In this document: positions 8,625 to 18,103 of the stretch, one piece after another
How the letters are laid out: each line of letters opens with the position of its first letter
Position numbering within the stretch: position 1 is the stretch's first letter
IMG/VR virus record: IMGVR_UViG_3300045107_000845
Location: 1-55,181 of that record
From: a virus
Lineage: Duplodnaviria > Caudoviricetes
Length of the DNA: 55,181 nt
Direction: 5' to 3' (one strand)
Made by a program: the position numbers and the translations under genes
The notes under the pieces: generated by a model
The model's database searches: none
The model's input: only the letters and a program-made list of their open reading frames with translations
Told to the model about the DNA's origin: nothing

Positions 8625-9950
8625 TCATTTCACCCGAACCATCTTGGTGTAGTTTACGGCCGCGCTGAGGTTCGGCAGCTGGAATTCCGTGGTCGGATCG
8701 TACGGCTTGGGCAGTGCGTAAACACCCGCAGTGCCGACGCCGCGTACAACGCCATCCCGACTGAAGGCTTCGCCAACTGTAATGCCCGTATACTGCGTGC
8801 CGACGCCGCCAGCGCCGAAGCGGATCGTGTTGCCGCCATAGAGAAAGCCGTCCAGCTCCGCGAACTGGTTGGCGACCATCGACGTGCGCATGCCGAAGGG
8901 CGCGATCGACGCGAGGTTCGAGACCGGTGCGCGCTGCTCGCTGCCGCTTGCGACGCCGTACAGGAAGCCCTGCACGACAGGCCCGAACGAGCCGGTTTGG
9001 AATCCTACGATCGGCCAGTTCGTGGCACCGGTTCCGAGGATATGGGCGCGGACGGTGCCGCCGTTTGTGGCCCAAAGCACGCCGTCACGAGCAGTGATCT
9101 GCTGCGCGCTGATGCCCGTGGTGGTCCAGCTCAGCCCGCCATCATCGCTGTACCAGATCGTGGATTGGGCGATGACGCAGAAGATCCGCGTGCCGTCGGC
9201 ATGCAGATCGCCGATGCTCTGCGTCGGAACGCCGGTCGGATGCGAGCCGCCTGTCCACGAGCCTGACAGCCCGGTCGCGCTCGATCGGATCGAGTAGTCG
9301 CTCGTACCGTCCCACAGCGCGACGCAGAAGCGGTTCGACGTGACGACGCCGGCGACGAGGTATCCGCCAAGTCCGCTGCCGACCGGGTTGCCGGTGCCGC
9401 TGATCGTGTAGAGAGACTGATTAACTCCGAAATTGAATCCGCTCGGCAGGATCAGGCCGCGGCAGTACCCGCCCCACAAGCATTGGGCCATCAGGCCGAA
9501 CGAGCCGATCTGCACGACGGCGGACTCGACCCACGTGGAGAAGTTCGTCGTGCTGAGAAGCCGAACCGCGGCGTTGCCGCTGCCGTCGTTGTCGGTCACA
9601 TAAAGGCAGCTGAAGCCGTTCGAATCCGCCCACATGCGCCGCCAATGACGATCGGGGGGGGCCGCCAGCGCGCTCACCGTCGCAGGACGCGCGCGCAGCA
9701 ACGTCGGCGTCAGCACGAGCGGCACATGGCCCATGCTCGAAAAGAGTTCGGGATAGGCCGACTGCAGGACGATGCTGCCGTTCGCGCGCTTCCAATACTC
9801 GCTCTCATACCCAGCGCCGTACACATCGCAGGGATAGCCGACGGGCTGGCTCGCTTCACGCGCCTGCAGCGCGCGGGCCGAAGCTTCGGTCGCTTTAAGG
9901 CGCGCAGAAAGAGACTGCGCGATGGTGAGCGCGAATGCTTGAACGATCAT
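8625..9950 (-). CDS. Tail fibre/receptor-binding protein with collar domain and Asp-box propeller
   Basis: PVG...WKRANG...SAYPELF and C-terminal TEFQLPNL collar motifs; Asp-box YSDDGGLSW. Confidence 0.7.
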   Translation of the reverse strand: MIVQAFALTIAQSLSARLKATEASARALQAREASQPVGYPCDVYGAGYESEYWKRANGSIVLQSAYPELFSSMGHVPLVLTPTLLRARPATVSALAAPPDRHWRRMWADSNGFSCLYVTDNDGSGNAAVRLLSTTNFSTWVESAVVQIGSFGLMAQCLWGGYCRGLILPSGFNFGVNQSLYTISGTGNPVGSGLGGYLVAGVVTSNRFCVALWDGTSDYSIRSSATGLSGSWTGGSHPTGVPTQSIGDLHADGTRIFCVIAQSTIWYSDDGGLSWTTTGISAQQITARDGVLWATNGGTVRAHILGTGATNWPIVGFQTGSFGPVVQGFLYGVASGSEQRAPVSNLASIAPFGMRTSMVANQFAELDGFLYGGNTIRFGAGGVGTQYTGITVGEAFSRDGVVRGVGTAGVYALPKPYDPTTEFQLPNLSAAVNYTKMVRVK

Positions 9951-10543
9951 CCGAGCGTGCCCGTGTGTGTCATGTCTTTGACGCGGCGGCCGAACGTCGG
10001 ATCGACCTCGTACTCGATCGCGGTAAGGCCGCTCTTGCCGCGCCAGCCCGAAAGGATCTCCACGACCTCGCCATCGACCCAGGTAAGGGCGATCGTGAAC
10101 GGGCTCGCGCCGAGCATGCCGCTCAGACCGGTCAACTCCCCTGTTGACGGATCGTAGCCGAAGGAAAGCGCGCTCGGGTTGCGAGTCGCCCAGAGGACAT
10201 CCTCGTTCGCAGCCGCGAAAAATGCGGCGAGCGCGGCTTCCTGCGCCGCCAGCGAAGCCGCAGCATCCGCTCCGAATTCATCGACGGCATCTTGCGCGCC
10301 TTCAAGAACCGCTTCGGCATCGGCGACACGCTCCTGGACCTGGTTGAGGATCGGCCCTACGGTTTCGTCGATCCGCGCCAAACCGAAGCGCTGCAGCTCT
10401 TCGATCGTCGACTCGACGGTACCGCGCTGCTCTTCGAGCTTGTGGAATCGCAGATCGACATCTTCGAACCGAACATTGAATTCGGCCTCGGACAGCGGCG
10501 TCTTGCCGTCCTGAAATCGATAGAGCTGGTCGAAACGGCGCAC
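9947..10543 (-). CDS. Tail-associated coiled-coil protein
   Basis: Start reassigned to GTG 10543 behind GAGGAG; acidic coiled coil. Confidence 0.7.
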   Translation of the reverse strand: MRRFDQLYRFQDGKTPLSEAEFNVRFEDVDLRFHKLEEQRGTVESTIEELQRFGLARIDETVGPILNQVQERVADAEAVLEGAQDAVDEFGADAAASLAAQEAALAAFFAAANEDVLWATRNPSALSFGYDPSTGELTGLSGMLGASPFTIALTWVDGEVVEILSGWRGKSGLTAIEYEVDPTFGRRVKDMTHTGTLG

Positions 10544-10547
10544 CGGC

Positions 10548-10727
10548 CTACTCCTCGATCGGCTCGGCCGTCGCGACGATCTCCGCCACCTTGGAAAGCT
10601 CCGCACCGAGCACTTCGTACTCGCGGCCGGGAAACACGGGGCGGCCGACGATCGTCGTCCGCTCCGAGAACTTCGCCCGGTAGAGCTGATCGGCGGCGAA
10701 GCCCGCCTTTGCATTGGCCTTGGGCAT
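10548..10727 (-). CDS. Small hypothetical protein, 59 aa (absent from the ORF track)
   Basis: GGAGAGG RBS, ATG 10727 to TAG, MPKANAKAGF...AEPIEE; fills the gap in the operon. Confidence 0.7.
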   Translation of the reverse strand: MPKANAKAGFAADQLYRAKFSERTTIVGRPVFPGREYEVLGAELSKVAEIVATAEPIEE

Positions 10728-10738
10728 GATCCTCTCCC

Positions 10739-12928
10739 TTAGAGCGCGACCCAGACGCTTTCCGCGACCGTGAACGGTTTCACCGCGGCGCTGCTGCGGT
10801 TGCCGGAAAGCTTGATCCGGAACTGCGTCAGAGCCGGGCTCGGGTTGAACGTGAAGGTCTTTGTGTAACTGCCGTCGCCGTTATCGACCGTCTCGACCAG
10901 TGCGGCAGTGACTTCACTGTTGTCGGGCTTCACGAGCCGCGCGGTCAGCGTATGGTTCGCCGGCTCGAAGCCCGGCAAGCGCACGATGACTCGGATATCG
11001 GACGAAGCCGAACCGAGCGTGTTCATCGTGCTGAAGTGAATGAACGCCAGATTCGGGCGGCTGGCGGTAATCTTGTTCGCGCCGAGCAAAAGCCCCGGCG
11101 CAAGATCCTTCGTGCCCACCATGACGACGCGCAGCGGAACGATGTCCGGCAGGGTCGAAAGGCGGCCCAGCGCCGTCGAGATCGGATACCACAGGCCTGC
11201 GACCTGGATCTCGTACACGAGGTCCGTGCCGTTCGGCACGACCTGCTGCGTTTTGATGGCGAGATCGCCGATGCCGCCTGCCAGAGTCACCGCGCCGAGC
11301 ATGATCTCGGTGCGCGCCTGTCGGAATTCCGCGCCGTAAATCGCGAATTCCAGATCCTTCGTCACGTCTCCGACGAAATACTCGCCGTCGTTGCCGTAGA
11401 AGAAGGTGCCCTGCGTGAAATTGTTGCCCGAAACGACCGCAGCCTTATGGCCGCCGGTCGTGATCAGCGCGAGCGCATAACGCTTGCCGGATTCGATCAG
11501 CACCGGCGGCATGCTCACGCGCGTTTCCTCGCGGTTGCCTTTGAGGTCGGCCACCGGGACGGTTATGCGGCTCAGCACGCGGCTCAGCACCGGCTTGCCG
11601 TGCTCGGTTTCGCACAGAAGCACATGCAGATCGCCGGCGTTCGATTTCTCGGTCAGGTAGATGCCCGTACCGGTGAACCACTTGTCTGCAGGCGAGACGA
11701 ACGTCTGCGCCACGATCACGCCGTTGTAGTTGGTGGTGACCGTGTCCTGGTAATAGTGGGTGACCGGATACTGCGTGTAATACCCATAGCTCTGGTAAGA
11801 CGCCGTGTACCACCAGTAATCATAGCCATAATACTGGTAGTAATAGCTGTAGTACCAGGGGTTCCACCAATAGTTATAGGTCCAGCCGTAATTGTAGACG
11901 TATTCGTAAGTGACGTAACTTTTGATCGAATGCGTCTGGACCTGATAGGTCGACAGCGACACGTCGCCCGAAAAGCCTTCGGTCTTCAGCATGAGCCGCG
12001 AATCGTACTTCGGCATCAGCCAGTCGCCGGCGCGCGTGACGTTCGGGTCGATCGGATTCTGCAGAGCGAGAGCGGCTTGCACGCTCGCCGCATGCGGGAA
12101 CAGGACGCCGTTGTTAACGATCGCCGTCGCGCCGGTCAGTACCGTATCGGTCTGGGCGGTGTTGCCGAAATAGTCTGCGCGATAGCTCTCGTAACCGGCC
12201 GGGAGGTTGAGCGCCTCGCGCAAGCGCGCGACGTCCGCGCTCAGGCGGATAAAGCCGGGAAGATCGGCCTTGTTCGCGGTCTTTTCCGCCAGCGCGGCAA
12301 TGTTCGACGTGAGAGAAGCGATGGTCGGCTCACTGCGGCCGCGCCAGAGTTCAAGATCAGTGATCTTCTGCCGGTTCGCCGCTGCGCTCGGCAGCACGTT
12401 GCCGACCAGCTGCTCGATGCTCTCGATGCCGGTCGTTCCGAGCGTCACGTGCGCAATCGCCAGATAGGTAGCGGCAACGGCCGGCGGAACCGGTGTTGCG
12501 GATTCTGCTCCGGCAAGAGCCGAAACGTTCAATGCCCGCAGCCGCTGCATGGCGACGGCGTTCGGCTCGGTCGTGTTGGTATCGACGTCGATCAGGAAGT
12601 CGCGCGGCTCGACGTCGGTATCGACCACTGAGCCGAAGGCAACGATCGTGACGATCTTCTTCGCCGCCAGCGGCAGGAAGGTGGTCAGGCTGATATCGTT
12701 CGCGCTCTCGAGGACGTACACCTTGCCTGCGTCGTAGAGCCGGCCGATCGCGCAGCGCACGAGGGTCGAGCTTTGCTGCGTGACCCCAAGGCCGGTGAAA
12801 TGGCGACCGCTGCTGAGCCCGTCGGTAACGACGTGGTCGAGCGAATCCGCAATGAACTTCTGCATGTCGCCGAAGTCGTTCGGGCCGATCTCTTGGCGAT
12901 CACGGAAGATGACCTGTTTTTCCATCAA
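10739..12928 (-). CDS. Large tail/baseplate-associated structural protein (position of P2 gpH)
   Basis: 729 aa, beta-rich, directly after gpI-like gene; internal Tyr/Trp-rich segment. Confidence 0.75.
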   Translation of the reverse strand: MMEKQVIFRDRQEIGPNDFGDMQKFIADSLDHVVTDGLSSGRHFTGLGVTQQSSTLVRCAIGRLYDAGKVYVLESANDISLTTFLPLAAKKIVTIVAFGSVVDTDVEPRDFLIDVDTNTTEPNAVAMQRLRALNVSALAGAESATPVPPAVAATYLAIAHVTLGTTGIESIEQLVGNVLPSAAANRQKITDLELWRGRSEPTIASLTSNIAALAEKTANKADLPGFIRLSADVARLREALNLPAGYESYRADYFGNTAQTDTVLTGATAIVNNGVLFPHAASVQAALALQNPIDPNVTRAGDWLMPKYDSRLMLKTEGFSGDVSLSTYQVQTHSIKSYVTYEYVYNYGWTYNYWWNPWYYSYYYQYYGYDYWWYTASYQSYGYYTQYPVTHYYQDTVTTNYNGVIVAQTFVSPADKWFTGTGIYLTEKSNAGDLHVLLCETEHGKPVLSRVLSRITVPVADLKGNREETRVSMPPVLIESGKRYALALITTGGHKAAVVSGNNFTQGTFFYGNDGEYFVGDVTKDLEFAIYGAEFRQARTEIMLGAVTLAGGIGDLAIKTQQVVPNGTDLVYEIQVAGLWYPISTALGRLSTLPDIVPLRVVMVGTKDLAPGLLLGANKITASRPNLAFIHFSTMNTLGSASSDIRVIVRLPGFEPANHTLTARLVKPDNSEVTAALVETVDNGDGSYTKTFTFNPSPALTQFRIKLSGNRSSAAVKPFTVAESVWVAL

Positions 12929-14151
12929 ACGCTCCTACGCCATGCGCCCGCGACAAGGTCGCCGGCTTTGATTCCGTATCCGGCGGTCACCGGCTTGGTG
13001 ACCGCAAAATTGAGAAGAACGCGATCGCGGGCCGCCTTCGCGAGACGCACCGCCTCGACCACCCGATCGACGCGCGATGGGTCCGGCTTCATCAGATGCC
13101 CGCCGACATATCGACCGAAGCGCCTGCGCGAGGTGCGGCCACGGACCTGGACGAGCAACTCCGCGGTGTACGCCGGCATGTTCAGCCGCATGACGCCGAG
13201 ATGGGTCGTGCGGCCCCGGGCCTCCGGGCGGCGCTCGGGGTCGTGCAGGTAAGTCCGGCTGTATAGCCGGGTCGCAGCCGTGCTCGGGTTGAGAAAGCAC
13301 TTGCGATCGCCGAAGAAGCCGACGCCTTGCATGACGCCGCGCCGCGTTCCCTGCTCGGCAACCTTCTCGACCCGCACGTCGATCGGCTGCAGGCTGGGGA
13401 TCACATCGCGACGCGCCAGCACTTGCTCGCTGACCTGATAGGTCGTGCTCGTGCGGATGGTGTACAGACGATCGGCGGCGGTCGACGGCAGGCCGAAGCG
13501 CGCAAAGCGCCTCACGTAAGTGCCGCCTTTGGCGCTGCCCTTGCGGCGGACTTCTACGAACTCGACTGCGTCGGTGCTGCGGATATCTTCGCGGCGATCG
13601 ATCGTCGTGAGCGGGGTTTCAGTTCCTTGGTCCCACAGGAAAGCCCGAGCGCCGTAGCGGATCTCGGCATCGCTGCGGCGCGGGCAGGACGAGGGCGTGC
13701 CGACATAGGCATGTCCCATGATAGCCCCGACGCGGCTGCCGCGGTCCCGGAAACGGTAAATGCGAAGCTGCGGGTGCCGCGCATAGAACGCCTGCATCTC
13801 GGCTTCAGAGCGGTTCGGCGCGAGGTGGGTTTTGCCGGGAGGCACGACGGCGCGAATGACCTCGCCGCCCGCCATATCGACCGCGAGCTTGATGCCGGCC
13901 AGGGTGCCTTTCTGCCGATGCAGCTCGAAGCTGCGGGCGACGACGTTGCGTTTCTTCTGCTCGTCCCAGTCGCGGTCCCAGATATCGACCGAATGCTCGT
14001 AGGCCGTGAAGGGCAGTGCGCCAGCGGGCGCGCGCTGAGGGTCGGTCACGGCATCGACGTCGCTTCGCAGCGCGAAGCCCCGCGCCATGGCGACGCTCAG
14101 CGCGCGCTGCAGCGGTGTGGCATTGGACGGGAGCAGCGGCTCAGTCGTCAC
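12925..14151 (-). CDS. P2 gpI-like baseplate wedge protein with long extension
   Basis: LLPSNATPLQRAL, SVDIWDRDW, HRQKGT motifs. Confidence 0.88.
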   Translation of the reverse strand: MTTEPLLPSNATPLQRALSVAMARGFALRSDVDAVTDPQRAPAGALPFTAYEHSVDIWDRDWDEQKKRNVVARSFELHRQKGTLAGIKLAVDMAGGEVIRAVVPPGKTHLAPNRSEAEMQAFYARHPQLRIYRFRDRGSRVGAIMGHAYVGTPSSCPRRSDAEIRYGARAFLWDQGTETPLTTIDRREDIRSTDAVEFVEVRRKGSAKGGTYVRRFARFGLPSTAADRLYTIRTSTTYQVSEQVLARRDVIPSLQPIDVRVEKVAEQGTRRGVMQGVGFFGDRKCFLNPSTAATRLYSRTYLHDPERRPEARGRTTHLGVMRLNMPAYTAELLVQVRGRTSRRRFGRYVGGHLMKPDPSRVDRVVEAVRLAKAARDRVLLNFAVTKPVTAGYGIKAGDLVAGAWRRSV

Positions 14152-14989
14152 GGCCGGTCACCGTGATCTTGACGCTGCGCAGCCACCCGGCTTGGGCCGG
14201 ACCGATGACGAGGTCGGCCGCGGGAGACAGCAACCGCACGCGCTGTACGCCGGGCCGATGCAGCGCCGCGATCAACGCCGAGCGCGGCACATCGGTGCCG
14301 ACGCGAAAAAGGGAATCGGCCTGCCCAGCAAGCGCTAGGCGTGCCGCGGCCTCGACGATACCGGCGTCGGGCCCGCGCTTGAGCGTAAGCTCCGCCACGA
14401 CATCGTAGGCCGCCAGCTCGGCTTGGCGGACGAGCACCGTGTCCGTCAGCGGCTTGATGTCCTCTGCGTTGAGGCGTCGGACCACGGCTTCCAACTCTGC
14501 AGCGCTGCACACGCCGTCCGGCCGCACGGACAGGAGCGCTACGAGGACCGCGCCCGGTCGCGGCTGGGAAACTCCCGCGTCCCGGATCGCTTCATGCGCG
14601 GAGAGCGCATGGAATTCGTACGCGCCGCGGCTGCCGGCCGTGTTGAAGGCTTCCGGGGCAAGCTGCACCCGGGCGCGCAACCGCGCGTCATCCTCCCCCG
14701 CCAAACGGGCCACGGCGTAGCGGGCTGCGATCTGATCTAGGTCGCTGCCGGTCGCGAGAGCCAGCATGACGGCGCGCGAGCTGTCGTTCACACGCTGCCG
14801 GAGCAACAGTTCGCGGTAGGATGAAACCTCGAGCAGCGCGATGCCGGGGTCGCTTTCGAGGATCGCGGTGTACGCCGGGTTGATCGCGCGCAGATCCGCA
14901 ATCTGGGCCGCGCGAATCGCCTCATACGAGAGGTTCTCCACGAGCGCCGGCGGCGGCAACTGGCTCAGATCAATGGCGTCAAAGCGCAT
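14141..14989 (-). CDS. Baseplate J
   Basis: IDLSQLPPP, YRELLLRQRVND, TAGSRGAYEFHA, KPLTDTV motifs. Confidence 0.95.
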   Translation of the reverse strand: MRFDAIDLSQLPPPALVENLSYEAIRAAQIADLRAINPAYTAILESDPGIALLEVSSYRELLLRQRVNDSSRAVMLALATGSDLDQIAARYAVARLAGEDDARLRARVQLAPEAFNTAGSRGAYEFHALSAHEAIRDAGVSQPRPGAVLVALLSVRPDGVCSAAELEAVVRRLNAEDIKPLTDTVLVRQAELAAYDVVAELTLKRGPDAGIVEAAARLALAGQADSLFRVGTDVPRSALIAALHRPGVQRVRLLSPAADLVIGPAQAGWLRSVKITVTGRDD

Positions 14990-15000
14990 TGGACCGGTTG

Positions 15001-15357
15001 TTACGAATTCAGACGAACGTCTGCCTCTATAACCGATCCCTCCGGCAGGTACAGACCCGAAATCGTGATGATGATCTCGCCCGGTGTAGCCGCGTTCACG
15101 CGCACCCGCTGAAGCTTGAATCGCGGTTCGACGGGCGCGCCGCGGATCGTCTGGCTGAAGGCTTCCGCGATCGTCTGCGTGAGATCGGCGACGGTTTCGG
15201 CGTTCATCGGCCGATCGACGAGATCGAGCAGGCCCGCGCCGTAGCTGCGCGTGCCCACCCGGCTTCCGATACGCGTGGTGACGATGTCGCGGATGCTCTG
15301 AATGAGGTGTTCGCGACCGCTGAGCGCCTTACCGGTGGAAGATGCAAGCCCGCGCAT
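15001..15357 (-). CDS. Baseplate gpW/gp25-like protein
   Basis: HLIQSIRDIVTTRIGSRV...YG...EPR motif; TGATG overlap with gpV. Confidence 0.9.
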   Translation of the reverse strand: MRGLASSTGKALSGREHLIQSIRDIVTTRIGSRVGTRSYGAGLLDLVDRPMNAETVADLTQTIAEAFSQTIRGAPVEPRFKLQRVRVNAATPGEIIITISGLYLPEGSVIEADVRLNS

Positions 15358-16037
15358 CAGACCGCCTTCACTTTGCTGCTGCCCTCGACGATCGGCCAAA
15401 AGCCGGCGGACGAGCCGCTGCCGACTTGCACGCGATCGCCGATCCGCGCTACGCGCGCGCCGCCAGCGCCGCCGAGGTTCAGGGTATCCGCCTCGATGGT
15501 CGCATTTACCGCCTTGATGCTCACACTGTCGGACTTGCCGCCCGCCTTGCTGGATTCGATCAAGGGCGTATCGAGAACGACTTTGTCGGCTTCGACGCGC
15601 ACCTCGCCTCCGGAGGCGATGATATCGATCTTGCCGCCTTGGGCGACCTGCACGAGCAGCCGGTTCTCTTCGCGATCGTACTCGACCACGGTGCCATCTT
15701 CGTAAACCGTACGGTGGATATGCGGCTCTTGCGCCGGCGCAGGGTGTGCGCCGCTGTATAGGCTGGCGACGATGACACCACGACGGAGATCGCCGTCGGG
15801 GCTGGCGACGAGCACCTGCTCACCCTCGCTCGGGCACCACCAGGATCGATCCGCGCCCGCCCTGCTCGTGGCCCAAGGCAGGGCGGCGGTTTCGGTCTCG
15901 CCCATTTTCACGCGCGCGCGGGCATTCTCAACGTCGACGCTCATGACGACGCCGATGCGCAGCAGATTCATCAGCCGGCGCTCGATTTCGGCCTCGGCGT
16001 ACGACGCTGACGCAAGAGAACGGGCGGGATCGCTCAT
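15357..16037 (-). CDS. Baseplate assembly/spike protein V
   Basis: RRLMNLLRIG, LPWATSRAG, PSEGEQV, YEDGTVVEYD motifs. Confidence 0.93.
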   Translation of the reverse strand: MSDPARSLASASYAEAEIERRLMNLLRIGVVMSVDVENARARVKMGETETAALPWATSRAGADRSWWCPSEGEQVLVASPDGDLRRGVIVASLYSGAHPAPAQEPHIHRTVYEDGTVVEYDREENRLLVQVAQGGKIDIIASGGEVRVEADKVVLDTPLIESSKAGGKSDSVSIKAVNATIEADTLNLGGAGGARVARIGDRVQVGSGSSAGFWPIVEGSSKVKAV

Positions 16038-16618
16038 GGCTCGCTCAGGATCTCGGAGATAGGCCGATACTTGTCGACATGAGGCGGCCCGATCTCCGGC
16101 GACCAGCTGCCGAGAATCTCGTCGGCCTGGAATGCGTCGACCGGAAGCGGCGTTGCGGTTCGATATTCGACGCTGAAAGTCAGCGTCGTGCGGCCGAAAA
16201 TGTATTCGACGCCGTTGTCATCGGCCGCGCCGATATCGTGATCGACTTGCGTCAGGCGGCTTTTCACGATGACGCCCGAGGGATGATCTTCCATCCGCTC
16301 GAGAGCGCTCTCGATCTCGTCGGCAAACTCGTCGAGAGCATCCTCGAGCCCGTCTTCCGTTGCCAGCACGCCGGAAACAGTGACGGTGAGCGTCTTCACT
16401 TTGTCGCCATACCCATCGGCGTCTTGGCTCGTGGCGGCGAGCGCCTGGCTCAGCGCGGCAATCATGATCGCAGGCATTTCAGAAGGGCCGGAGACTGGAT
16501 CAATGAGGTTGAGGTGGACGCGCGTTGCCGCGCGCGTTATCGGTGCCGGCGGATCGCCGACGACGAGCAGGAGCCGGTCGCGGAACGCTTGGCGGATGAG
16601 CGTACGCGGCGACGTCAT
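16034..16618 (-). CDS. Tail terminator/completion protein
   Basis: RTLIRQA start, LDEFADEIESAL; position after the head-tail joining gene. Confidence 0.7.
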   Translation of the reverse strand: MTSPRTLIRQAFRDRLLLVVGDPPAPITRAATRVHLNLIDPVSGPSEMPAIMIAALSQALAATSQDADGYGDKVKTLTVTVSGVLATEDGLEDALDEFADEIESALERMEDHPSGVIVKSRLTQVDHDIGAADDNGVEYIFGRTTLTFSVEYRTATPLPVDAFQADEILGSWSPEIGPPHVDKYRPISEILSEP

Positions 16619-16935
16619 GCCAGAAGCTTCCTGAGCACGAGAAGCGCGCCGGCCGGGTCCTGACGATGAACCTGCGCGACTTTGTAGGCGACACCTTCGA
16701 CGGTGACCCGATCGTCGCGCTCGGGGGCAGCGACTGCGCTGTACGGTACCAGCAGCACCGTTTCGACGCTCGTAACGCCCTGCCCGTCGTCACCGAGCGC
16801 CTGGTATTCGTAGCTGGAATCGAAGGCTGCCCGAATCGTCACAGGGGCAGCGTTGCCACGTCGGTAAAGCACATCGCCGCCGAATTCCTCGACGATATCC
16901 TCGAACACTTCGCGCTGAATCTGCGGCCAGCTCAT
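16615..16935 (-). CDS. Head-tail joining protein (lambda gpFII-like)
   Basis: 106 aa beta-rich, FG..V.Y...DRVTVEGVAYKV pattern, synteny. Confidence 0.75.
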   Translation of the reverse strand: MSWPQIQREVFEDIVEEFGGDVLYRRGNAAPVTIRAAFDSSYEYQALGDDGQGVTSVETVLLVPYSAVAAPERDDRVTVEGVAYKVAQVHRQDPAGALLVLRKLLA

Positions 16936-17687
16936 GCTGCAAGCGGGTGTCTACGGGTGACGATGAGATCGTCGCCCTGAGTTAGCTGGATCCCCAGATT
17001 GCTGAAGTTCAGATTGGCGTGCTGGCGACGACGTATTGGCGGATGGTACCCGACAGGATTGGGCAAATTGCCGGGCGAAATCATGCGCGTGCCTGAGCGC
17101 CGCTCTGTAATGTTCTGCCCGACACTTTCGTCAAACGGAAGCTGGAACATAAGGCGACCCGGAGCAATTTGCTCCGGAAGAACATTGCCCCGAAACAGTA
17201 GCGCGACGTCCGCGTCAGTGAGGCCGTACTGCATCCAGCCGAAGCACTCCGCGAGGAAGCCGTTCCAACTGTTCACGTTTGAAGAATGGCCGACCTGAAT
17301 CAGATTTCCGATGCCGGCGATTGCTCCAATGTTCGTGGACGTATCGTCGACTCGCGAGCCATTGACCCAGAAGCTTCGGCTCGTAGCCGATCTAATTACG
17401 CCGGCGAAATGCACCCACTGGCCAGCTGCGAGCGCCGTCGTCGAGGTTAGCGTCGCCGTCGTCGAGTTTCCGTTGTGCCTAAAGCGCCATGCAGCGGCTG
17501 TCGAATCGTAGTCGATCGTCATCGAACCGGTGTTGCCGGTGACGACAAGCGCAGAAGCGGTGCCGCTAGGTAGCGTTTCCGCCCAGGCCCAACATTGCAT
17601 CGAGAACGGATAGGCGCTGCTCGTCGGAATAGCGCCAGACGGAGTGGAGCATCGTTCAGTGTTCGACCTGACGAAGCGGTACGCCAT
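16932..17687 (-). CDS. LamG/concanavalin A-like lectin-domain protein
   Basis: FSMQCW, GQWVHFAGV, FWVNG, WNGFLAE pattern of LamG-like jelly rolls. Confidence 0.8.
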   Translation of the reverse strand: MAYRFVRSNTERCSTPSGAIPTSSAYPFSMQCWAWAETLPSGTASALVVTGNTGSMTIDYDSTAAAWRFRHNGNSTTATLTSTTALAAGQWVHFAGVIRSATSRSFWVNGSRVDDTSTNIGAIAGIGNLIQVGHSSNVNSWNGFLAECFGWMQYGLTDADVALLFRGNVLPEQIAPGRLMFQLPFDESVGQNITERRSGTRMISPGNLPNPVGYHPPIRRRQHANLNFSNLGIQLTQGDDLIVTRRHPLAA

Positions 17688-18043
17688 TAGACGCTCGTCA
17701 ATTCCTGGAAGAAGGCCTCGACCGTTACAGCTTGGCCGGTGTTTCCGGTGAAGACGGAACGGATGTACATCGTGCCCGGCGGGATATCGATCGAGTGAGA
17801 AACCACTTCGCTGTTCGCCACTCCGCCAGCCCGACCGTTGTAGCGGTACCAGTTCGTGTTGTCGTGGCTGACCTCGATAAACCCGGAGCAGGCGACGCTT
17901 GGTCCAGTCGCACCGTTCGTAAACTTCAGCGTCGCGACGCCGCCAAGCGAAGTGCGAATGTCGACCGAAGAAGAAGTGGTGGTCGCGCCAGCGGCGTTCG
18001 AGGTCGAACTCTGCAGCGTGCGGGCGGTTTTCGTAATCGGCAT
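17687..18043 (-). CDS. Small Ser/Thr-rich beta-sandwich protein (putative virion component)
   Basis: IEVSHDNTNW and MYIR pattern; GGAG RBS; translationally coupled to the LamG gene. Confidence 0.7.
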   Translation of the reverse strand: MPITKTARTLQSSTSNAAGATTTSSSVDIRTSLGGVATLKFTNGATGPSVACSGFIEVSHDNTNWYRYNGRAGGVANSEVVSHSIDIPPGTMYIRSVFTGNTGQAVTVEAFFQELTSV

Positions 18044-18103
18044 GGTGGTCTCCTATGGGCCGGCAGCACTGCGCCGGAGAAAGTTGATCCGCTGTCTACG
18101 ACC

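Noticed and set aside
11750-11917. Possible diversity-generating retroelement variable region
   Set aside because: No reverse transcriptase and no second template copy noticed in the window; the segment is internal rather than C-terminal
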